From the NCBI GenBank assembly GCA_947630065.1, contig CANRGE010000001.1, positions 88,281 to 152,280 on the forward strand: 64,000 bases of DNA, given 5' to 3'. The notes below the pieces were generated by a model, which did no database searches, was not told where the DNA came from, and was given only the letters and a program-made list of their open reading frames with translations. The position numbers were made by a program, and so were the translations under genes. The stretch comes from an uncultured Clostridia bacterium (GTDB lineage Bacteria; Bacillota; Clostridia; TANB77; CAG-508). Below, one piece after another: positions 11,509 to 22,800 of this stretch. Each line of letters opens with the position of its first letter. The stretch's first letter is position 1.

Positions 11509-13869
11509 TTAGTAAAATTCAGGAATAAATTCTATGTTCATTTTATTTAATACATCTACATAAGTCCAATACACGGGAGGAAAATTAACCCAAATATAAT
11601 TACTTGCGTTCCACCACCAATCAGAAGCGTCACTTGTAGGATAACCATTAGAATCTAAATGGTAAATGCGCCAATAATCATTTAATAATTTAAGAAAATT
11701 GATTTCTAATCTATACATTCTTGTTCCCCAAACACTTTTCCTTATTCCATTAGGATTAACGACATATTTATTATAGCTGCTATCTGTTTCAAACCAACGT
11801 CTAAACTATAGTAGTTCTTCAATCTAATAGGTTTCTAACTTTTCTAATGATTCAGTTATCTTCGCTGCTGAGGGTAGTGAAGTTGTATCATTAAAGGGAT
11901 TCGTTGTATCTTCCAATTGCCTTTTTAGATTTGATAAAGGAGAATTTTCAGACAAGTATTTTATTGCAGCAAAACGTAAGCACTTTTCATAGATATTTCT
12001 ACTTGATTCTGACATATTGCCCCAATAAAAAGGTCTTGCATCTTTCCAACGTTTACCATCAAAAGTTCCCTCTTTTAATACTGGAGTGATTTCAATTAAC
12101 GACCAGCCAGGAGGAATTAAAAACCAATGACCTTGGACTATATTGTCATTATAGTAGTTAATTTTTTCCTAACTCTGATAAATATTTGTCTAATCCTCTA
12201 TTATATTATACACCATTCTTGTTTCAAAGTCAATATTCAGACTTTGCGGCAAATTTGTAGTATCTAATTCTATGTAATCACTGGTTATATAATTCATATT
12301 ACTTACAAAATTACATTCTACCTAATCATAATTTTTATAGTTAGATGTTAAAATAAATTCAAGAGGATTGTAAATTAAATCATAAATAAAATCATTGTAA
12401 GAATAATTAGAAGTAAAAATCTAACCGCCGCCATATTGATTCATTAACTAATCAAAATAGCTGCAAAATTTTTCTAATGTTTGAATTAAAACTTCCCAAT
12501 AAATTTGATTTTTTTCATTTATTGTAATTGCAGATTCAAATTCTTTTTCTTTTTCGTCTATAAAAGCATTTAAAGTTTTCTGATAGCTTATTATGCGTGA
12601 TGAAATATCTGCGGCATTTGTTAAGTCACTTAAATTTAATGACTAAATTCTTTTGCCTGTTTGATAGGCGTAATTTCTTAATACATTAAAAATTTCTTTC
12701 CTTTCTATAGGTTCAGTAACATACATATGATTTGGGTGAGAATCTTTTAATACTCTATTATAAGGAATTATTTCGCCATTCTCATTTTTTTGTTCTAATA
12801 TATTAACATATCGTGTACCATATTTAAAAGTTTCATTATCATCTCGACTATAAGTTTTTAGCCCAGTCCAATCTACAGCCTATTCTAATGTTAGTCTTTG
12901 AACATTATATCTGCTAATTCTAAAATGAAAAGTTCCTAAATCTCTAAGACTTGTTTTTAAATTATCAATATGTAACTTAAAATCAACTGGAACATCACCA
13001 GGATTATAGACTAACATTCTTGAACCAATTAAAGCATTTTGCTTATTTAATCCTGTTTCCATGTTATAATAATTCACTCTACTATATTGTGGCATATAAA
13101 TAAGTTCCTATTCATAATCTAAAGTAGGAGTAGTTAATAAATTTGCGCCAACTTGCCATTTTGGAATATTATCCCAGTAATGATGTACGTCAGAAAGTAA
13201 TTCTTTTTTGCCATTTTTGTTATAATATAATTCTCCCCATTGAACTTGCTCAATTGTAGGATAACCACCTTCCCATTTTGTAGCCATATTAGGTTTAATA
13301 TTATAGTGGTCTTTTATTAAGCCATTAAGTCTTTTAGGATTTTTATACTCATAACGATTAGTATGTATAGAATTGGGGTTAATTATGTTTTCTGGCATTT
13401 CACACTTATAGTAATCCGCCGCAGTTACAACATATTTATTAAAACAATAGGCTAATGGGTGATAACAAATAAAACTTAATGTTCCCTCTCCTTTATAAAT
13501 TCGCTGTCCTGTTTCGGGATTTTTGAAACAAACATACTGAAAATCTGGAGCAGATTTACATTTTGCTTTATATGTTTTATAAGGTTCTTCATCAAAAACT
13601 AAATCCATTAGTTTATCAGTTGAAAAGATTTGTGCAATATGACGAAAAGTCTCTTCGTCCATATCATCATAAGCAACTTTCACAGTAATATTTTTTTCTT
13701 TAAAAACTGAACCAAAATAATATTTACCATTAGCACCTGGAATATCCACAGAAGTATCATTAGGAGCGGGTAATAGGTTCTTATCGAACCTATTACTCAA
13801 ACTAACGACAATTAAGTGGAGATTTGAACTATGGTAATTACCGAATCTAAATCCCTAAAAATCAGCCAT
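11509..13869 (-). CDS. Distal tail protein (Dit), extended (~786 aa)
   Basis: MADFQGFRFGNYHSSNLHLIVV...DIPGANGKYYFGS...LVFDEEPYKTY...FICYHPLAY; fragments share a frame; immediately after the tape measure gene. Confidence 0.85.
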
Positions 13870-13886
13870 TAGTCATTCCTCCATTT

Positions 13887-16800
13887 TTATTTATAAAGTA
13901 TTACATTTGAACCTACTTGATTAGCTGCGTCTACTATGTCCTATTTTACTCTTTCTACTGCCTAATCTACATCATAATCACTTGAAACATTTTCTACATT
14001 TATGTGTATTTCTATATGAGTATCTCCAACCGTAGAATTGGTTACATTAGATGGTCTTTGTAATGCTGGAATTGTAGCAAGTAGTTCTGCTGCTCTGCCA
14101 ATGCGAAGTGTATCATCGGAATTTAAGAAAGCTTCTGGTTTTGCAGGCGTTCCATCAACCCAAGCTGTACCTGTGTAATTTACTAAACCACCTGTTTTGA
14201 AAGCTTTAACAGTACTATCTTGTTGCTATATTCGTTCTGCTGCACGTAATCCTGAATTACCAGCACCTGTAATATGAATCATATTTTTTTCATCTACATA
14301 ACCATGCATATTTTTAGACACAAGTTCCTCAATTTCTTTATTGATGTCAGATAATGTATCAATTCCAATCAATGTTTGGGCAGCCTTTTTAGCTTCCTCT
14401 AATGCAGTAGCTAAATTATTAGCAGAAGTAGTAGCTTCAAGATTTGCAGCATTAACAGCTGCAATAGCATCTCTAACGTCCTACTACTTTTGTGCAAGAT
14501 TACTTTCAGCAGTAGAAACACCATCAATAGCAGTCTAAACACCAGCTAAAGCCTCAGCGACACTATTAGTAGCCTCAATAACCTTATCTTTTGCATCTTC
14601 AACAGCCTATAAAGCATCTTCTAAATCTTGTCTTGCTTCTTCCTATGCTTCATCTACCTAATCCATAATGTCATTTAATGATTCTTCGGCTGACGAAGTT
14701 AAAGTTTCACTTGTTTCTTCTACTACTCTGTTTATTTCGTCCTATTCATAATTTAGACAGTCAACAAAATCTTCCATAGAGGTTTCCATGTAAATTCCAC
14801 GTGCGGTATACATTTCTTCTAATTCTTCTGTATATTCTTCTAATTGTGCTTGTGTCATATCTTGAACTTCTAAATTATTATTATAGAACCATTCAATCAT
14901 ATCATCGGCAGTAGCCCAACTTGTTATAATAGCATTGGCTTCTTCTATATAATTAGAGTTTTCTAATAAATATTCCTAATATTGTATTTCTAAATCTCTA
15001 TTTTCTTTTTGCTAATCATAAAGCTCTTTTAGACTATTAACAATATTATCAACTGAATTATCAAGTAATTCATTTCTTGTTTTTTCTATTTCATCACGTT
15101 GTTTTTGAATATTTTTTTGTTGAGTACCTGATGTATCTCTTGAAATTAAGCTTAATTTCTTTTCTTGTTGTCCTAAATTCTACCATTTTTCTTCTTGTTC
15201 TCTTAATTGTCTTTGTTTATTTATAGCTTCTTCTAAAGCAGATAAGTAATCACTGTCAGCTTGTGCCATCTAATCATACTTATTTTTAGTATTTTCAACC
15301 TCTTGCTCTGATTGTTGTTTTAATATATCAATTACTGATTGTTCAAGAGAAATCTGCTAAGACCTTGCATTTTTTCTAAATTCGTTAAAATCTTTTTCAA
15401 CATTTTCTAATTCTTTTAAGTTAGATTCTACATTTTTCCTATAAGTGTTAATAGTATCAGCTTGTTCTTCAAACCAAGTTTTTAAATCATCAGGCAAATT
15501 TGCTTTATTTATTGCATCAAAATTTACTACAATTCTATTATTTATATCCTAAATAAAATCAGAAACATCAAGTGTAGTATTTATTGCACCTTTATTTCTT
15601 AAATCTTGAAGTCTTTGAGTTGCGCCGCCGCGGAACATTTCCAAACTATTTTGAGCTGCTTGATTATATCTGTTGTTTTCTGCTGCTAACCATACAACCT
15701 AATCATGAATAGCCTTTTTATAATCTTCAACGGAACTACCAATATCATCATTTATAGTTAAGTTATCTAAACTTTCTTTTGCTTTATCAGCTGTTTCTTT
15801 TAATTGTTCTAATCTTGTTATGTAATTATAAAGTCCGTCTAAGCTACTTTTCCTGCGATTGCCTGTTCCATAGTAAGCTTCATTTAATGCTTTTTCTTTA
15901 TCTATGACTTCTTGTTCTTTTTCAGTAAGTTCCTCATAAGCTTCATCTAATTTTTTATTTTCATCAGCAAGTTTTTCTTCTGCCTCTGTTACTTTTTTGT
16001 GAGCTTCTTCTAAATCTTTTTCAGCATCTGCAACTTCTTTTTGTGCCGATTCTAAATCTTTTTGGGCATCTTCTAATTCTTTAAGACTTTCTTCCTATTT
16101 TTGCTATGCTTCTACAACATCTTTTGACTAAGTATCAGAAATTTCTTTATATGAATCATTTAATTCATTTATTAAACTCTAATATCTTAATATTCCTTCG
16201 GTATTATTTGCGGCTTTTGCTTCTGCTAATTTATTATCTAAATAGTTGGATAAATCTTTATTTAAATTCTCATAATCAAAATGTAAATCTTCATTTACAT
16301 AATCGGACATTTGATGCTAAAAATCTGAAAATTCTTCAAAAAGAGATGTTAAAGAATCAATTGAGCTATAGCTTAATATATTATCTTCTTTATATTGTAC
16401 TCCAATTGTTTTGAATGAACTTATAGTAGATTGTAATAAAGCTGCCATTTCTCTTAATTGTTCATTCTAACTTTTTAGAGAATTAAGAGTATTACTATTT
16501 ATGCGGTCTATGTCACCAAGTGAATCTAATATTCCACTATATGTTTGTTCTTCTACTTCTAATGTATTTAATTCTTCTTCTTCTTCTTCTGTTCTATTTT
16601 CAATACTTCTTAACTCATCTAATCTTTGCTAAGTTGAAGCCTATGCTGCTTCAAACTACTCTTTTAATTGTGTTGTATTCTATACAAAAAGACTGTTTAA
16701 TTTTTGAGTATCAGCTAATATGTGTCCAGATTCATCTACACTAAAATAATCATCAATATTATATTTTGTACCAGTTTCTTCAAAAATATTATCAAATAAA

Positions 16801-19800
16801 TCCTATACTTTATCTTTTAATTCTGTTTGTTTTGATTCTGTAATATCGAGCAAACCTTCATCTGATGTTAGAATATCAGATAAATCAGGTATTGCATCAG
16901 AAAAGAGTTCAGCTGTCTTTTTTAATTTATCACCATATTGTTGTATATCTATTGCATTTAAATATGTATTAAAACCAGCAGTTTCAGCAGCGTCTTGCAT
17001 AGCGTCCATATAAGTGTTAATAGTATCGTCTGCTAATTGTATTCCCCATTCTTCTAATAATTGTTTTAATGTATCAGTATAAGTTGCTTTACTTACTTCT
17101 GTAAGCTATGTAAAATCTACAGTTTCTATCAATTGGTTAATTTGGTCTGCACTTAAACCTAAATCTTGTGTTTTAGATAATAATGCACTATTAAATTCAC
17201 GACCTTTTTGTGTACCATTATCTGTGTCAATAATTTCTGCTGCGGATATATTTTCTGCTGCTTTTGCCGCAAAAGAGCTTTTTTGTTTTGTAGTCCAATT
17301 ATAAAAGATACCACTATAACCACCAATTACTGAACCTACCTAATCATCTACTTTTTTTATTTGTTCTTTAGCTTCTTCTGCCATCTATTGTGCAGCTGCT
17401 TTTTCCTTATTAGTATCAAAATTTTCTGAAAAACTTTCTATATAATCATATAAATTGTCACCAGTTAATTCATCAATTTTTACATAAAAATCATCTATAG
17501 CTTTTTCTTCATCTGTACTTATTTCAATCTAATTAGCGGTTTGTTCATACAATAGTTCTTCCATGCCAGCTGCATACATTTCATAGATTTTACCTATATC
17601 TGCACCTTTATGGCGATTATCTTCAAGAAACTAATCTACATTATCTATTTCTTCTTTACTAAATGTTTCTAAAGCTTGCTTTAATGTATTCCTATAAGAT
17701 TCGTTAACACCAGTAATATCTAAATTATTACCTGTAAAAGTTTTTGTTTCAATGTCATATTTACCTTTAAAAATGGCTGCAAATTGTCGTTCTGACCAAA
17801 TACCAGAAGGTTTACCTTGTTGAGTACTTGCTTTTGCTATAAAATTAGCCACTGATTCACTCATATCAGTATTTTTTGTTAATAAATAAGATGACAAATT
17901 AGATTCTTTTTGTGCTTGTATATTTTTTCTATTTAATGCTACGTCTATTACTTCATAAATATTGCTACTATTTACACCAGTACCCTCATCTAAGATTTTC
18001 TAAAATGGTGACTCATCTAAAGCTTTTTCTTGTAAATCAATATTCTTCTCTTGTTCATTTAATACTAATAAATCACTTGCATTTGCACTGGTTACATCTT
18101 TTGTGGCTAAAACATTTGCTTTTTTAATTATATTATCCCATAAATCATTCTAAACTTTCAATTCGCCAGTTATTTCATTATAACTTGTTACAATTTCTGG
18201 AAAATCTGTTTTTATTTTTTCAACTAGTTCATTATACTATTCTTGTTCTTCGTTAGTTTTTATAACTTTATTAGATAATTTATCATATTGTTCTTTTAAT
18301 TCTTTAACATTCTAAGCATTATCTTTAGATTCATCTGCCTAATCCCTATACTAACTGGCTTTGGACTATAATTCCTATATTTTTTCTTCTGATTCTGCTA
18401 TCTAATCTTCTATACTCTTATTATTTTCTTTGTAATTATTATATAATGCACTAATTCCATAAGCTATACCTGCTATAGCTGTTGCTATTCCTACTATGAT
18501 TAACCCTACACCAGTTGAACTTAGTCCAGCGTTTATTCCCGAACCTAAAGATGCACCAGCAGCAGCACCAGTAGCTCCAGATTCTGCTACAATAACAGCA
18601 TTTGTTGCAGTATTTGAAGCTAAAATTTCAGCATTAGCTTCTTGTGTTGAAGTTACTCTTGTTCTTTCAGCTAATTTCCATGCTATAGCTTCTGCTGCGG
18701 CATTTAGTGCTGTCTATGCTAACTATGCACCTAATGTAATTGTTGCCGTTTTCATAGTGTCCTCGGCATCTGCTCCACCTATAAGCATAGCAGTAGCCAT
18801 ACCAGCAACAGATGTTACTTGTTCAAATGCACTTGTAGCAGCTTGTTTTACCTCTGTCCATTTTTTCTTACTTTCTTCATTTGCCTAATTATTTTCAGCT
18901 ATTTGTCCATTTAATCCGTCTATCTATTCTCTTATTTCTCCTATCTATCTTACTCTTTCCTCTTCACCGCCTGCTTCAACAGGAGTGATTTCAAGTACTT
19001 CACGTTGTTGATTTAAGTCTTTTATCTATTGTTCTAACTATGAATTATCTATTTCTGGTGTAATTCTAAATAATTCTCTTATTCTATCATCAGAATTAAA
19101 ATTTATTTTTTCAGTAATACTTTCTACTATAGAACTTCCTAATTTAGAGAAAGCGTCATGTGTACTTTTAACTCCTTTTATAAAATTAACAACAAATTGT
19201 GTACCTAACGTTGCAGCTACTGTTCCAAAGTTTATCAATTGAGCAAGATTCATGTTATTTAATGTATCAACTAATTTTGTAACCTAATCTATAATTTTTT
19301 TATATATTTCACTATTTAAAAAACCAACTCTTAATTGTTCCCATGAATTTTTTAATTTATTTAACTTATTTTCAATTGTATCTTGATATTTAGCAAATTG
19401 TTCACTACTTTTTCCAGCTGATGTCTAAGCTAAGTCAACTAATTCCATAGTTCTATCGTAGTTTTCCATCATTGCTATAAATCTACTCTATTGCCTACTT
19501 CCTGCTGCTGTTGTTGCAATCGGTTAATCTATTATCTTTCAATAATAGCCAGACTATATCATCACTTAATATTCTATCACCAAATATTAAATGCCCACCG
19601 CTTTGAGATTATTAAATCTCTACTCTACTTACTTCTTCATACAGATTTTTCTTCTATACTATGCTTTCGATAGTCGTTGAACGTTTTTCCTTAAAAAGGA
19701 AACTTCGCTGCGGATTGTCCAATATAATACGATTTTACCTTACCTTAGTCATTACCCTTGCCGCAATAATATTGCTATTATTGTTTGGTTGTATTATCTA

Positions 19801-22800
19801 TAAGGAGTTTCCCGCAATTCAATGGGTATTAAAGAGATACAATTATTTCTATCCATTTATAAATTCATCATACTATTCTTTTGTAAGTTCTTTCCAATAA
19901 TAACCGTGGCTTATATGTCCTGTTTTCATAGCTTTTGATATATTTGAAGAATTTTTTAAGTTTAATGCTCTTCCAGCTTCAGATGTACTATAATAAACGT
20001 TAATTAAATTCATATTTTTATCATATTGTCCAGTTAAACAAGTTCTTTTTGTTTTTGTTTCGTAATAACTTTTTAATACATTTTCTTGTTGAGTAACATT
20101 TTCTAAATTACTTAGTCTATTATTAGCTCTATTTCCATCTATATGATTTATAATATTTATTTTCTCTTCAGGATAAAAAGTTTCATAAACTGCTCTATGA
20201 GCCTAAATTTCATTTCTTTTACCTGATGTCATATTGTAAGTCCATCTTATATATCCACTATTTTTATTCTAACTACCAAAAGTAACATATCCAGTACTTT
20301 TATTTCTTATTCTTCCCATATTAGACACTTCATAATCACTATCTCTAAAAGGCTTCCATATTTCCATTTTTTCTTCTTCCTCGGTTAATTTTTCAGTCTT
20401 TTTATGCTCTGGTGGATTAACTATTTTTGCAATATTTTCTCCCTAAGAAGCCCATTCTAAATTACTTAAATCATTATTATACGGGCGACCATCTTTATGA
20501 TGTACTACATTTTTATATTCTGGGTTATCATTTGGTATAAATAATTCTGCCAAAAGTCTATGTTTAGCAATAGAGATTGTTCCATCTTCTAACTATAAAG
20601 TATATCTAATATAACCATTACTTTTTGCCCCAGTAGAGATTAAATGTGTTTTTTCGTTATATAAATCTCCATTACTAAATAAAAAATACTAAGTTCGTTT
20701 TCCATCAATTATAATTGGTTTAACTTCAACCATTTTATATCACTCCTTATGTTATAATTTTAGGTATTTCTACCTTTACTATATTAAATTATAACATATC
20801 TTGTGTAAAAAGTCAAATGATTGACTTTTGATACAATGGTATGGTCTTGATAAAAAAAATGGTATGGGATTCATATCTCTATGAGTTCCTATCAAGTGTG
20901 TCCCATTTCTCACTTAGCTCCAGAAAAACGTCATCTAAATCTCTAAATTGTCCTGAAGCGTCTTTGATAGAAATACCAACTGATTTCAATGCTATATCAA
21001 CTTTGTTGTAATCTAAATCATCAAATTCGGATTCTGATGTTCCTGCTACGTTTTCTTTTAACTCTGTAAAACGAGCTATGATAGTTTTCATAGCCGTACC
21101 AATATTTTCCTTGTTGTTCTCTAAGGGTCGTTACTCCTTAAACGTTCTCTTATGAACTGCTTTATATTTCTATAAAGAACAGACTATATCTTCTTCTTAG
21201 TTCTAAGAAGTGCATCACTTCGGTTTCACTTGAAACCTAACGGTGCTAATCTCCGATAGTCGTTGAGCCTTTTTCTTTTAATAAAAAGAAACTTGGTTGC
21301 GGATTGCCCAATCTTTTATTTTTTTACTATACCGAGGTAGTTAATCTCGCCGCCGTCCAATCACTTGAAACGGTTTAGTAATAAAAGCTCTAAGGGTGTT
21401 CCCGTCAGTTCAATGCAATTAGTGTAATGATTACTCATTACACTCCCCTATAAGAAATTTTATATTTCTTATTCATAACGGTTTTTTGTCCTCTTCTAAG
21501 GGCTTGTTTTAAAAGCCTTAAATTTATATCTGGATAGAGAGCGGTTAAAAGATTACACTCATCATAATTAAAATATAGTCTTTTAACTCCATCATCAAGC
21601 ATATATTCTGTATCTCGTTCTTGCTCAAATTTATTATCTTTTTCAGTATCAATTTTTAAATCATCAATTCTTTCTTCTTCTTTGCTTGCTTCGCCATCTC
21701 TTAACGTTAATTTTTGGTAATTGGACTCTAATTCGTCCCAATCTATGGTTAGTTCCTTATTATCTTCTATATAATAACCATTAAATTTAAAATCACCGCC
21801 CTTATTATTAGCTGTATCATAACATTTTTTAAGTTCAGCCTTAACTTCATCTATTCTAAAATATTTTGTTTTGTAATTAGTTTTATTTTTATAATTTATA
21901 ATCCAATTTATAGCGTCAGAAGAAGGCGGGCAATCTTTATACCAAAAAATACAATTCTTATGAGATACTCTCTGTCCACTCATTACGTTAAAAACACAAC
22001 CTCTTGAAAAACCATGGTCTTTACAAAACTATGTTATATTATTAAAAACAATTTGAGAATTGTCTTTATAATTGTAACATATTATATCCTTTAAATTTAC
22101 ACCAAGAGTATTATTTTTATTGTAATAGTTTGACTGTTCACTACTACTTGTTGCTAAGCTTTTATTATAAAATTTTTCATTAGGAATTTTATAATAAATT
22201 AAATAATACTTTTCCAAAAAAGTCAACTCTTCACTACTTTGCGCCGCCGCCAAGAAGTGAATTGAAAAACTCCTTGTGTCATATTCTTCAAAAGCTTTTT
22301 GCAAATCCACGCCGCTGCCTTTGTAATTCTTGTTAGTGGTTAATGTCTATGATGTTATTTTTCCTATATACATCATACCATTGACTTCATTTTTAACGTA
22401 ATAAATATAACCATAATCCATTTCAGATTCCTCCCAAAAAATATTATTAGGTTTCAACCTAATATAATTATAACATTTTTTGGATAAAAAATCAAATATT
22501 TTAAGAAGCTCTTTGGGAGAATCTATGAAACATTTGAAGAGAAAAACACGCTTTGTGATTACGAGGCGCTTCTTGTGTCGTTTCTATCATCTAAGTTAGA
22601 AACGCAGAGGTTGTTTCAAAATCCATACCCGCTGAATTGGCAATTGTATAAAATTCCATTAGATTCGCTACATCTAATGTGTTCTCTTATGAACTGCTTT
22701 ATTTTTCAATAAAGATTAGACTATATTTTTTTCAATATCACTTCGATTCGCTTGAATCTACTCTCATTACGAGATAGTCTTTGAACTTTAATTGGAGGAT

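Larger units (their letters stand above)
19521..20872 (-). mobile_element. Group I intron 3 in tape measure gene; ORF in P1 loop
   Basis: Exon ends in U and intron ends in G. Core motifs P gaattgcgggaaac, Q caatccgcagc, R ttcaacgacta, S gatatagtct. IGS GUAUCUCU just after the ORF stop pairs 8/8 with exon AGAGAUAU, with a U.G pair at the splice site. Confidence 0.92.
21110..22563 (-). mobile_element. Group I intron 2 in tape measure gene; ORF precedes the catalytic core
   Basis: Junction GCG CCT | ... caacaaG | GAA AAT restores EAPENIG. Core motifs P gaactgacgggaac, Q gcaatccgcaacc, R ctcaacgactatc, S aagatatagtct. Confidence 0.88.
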
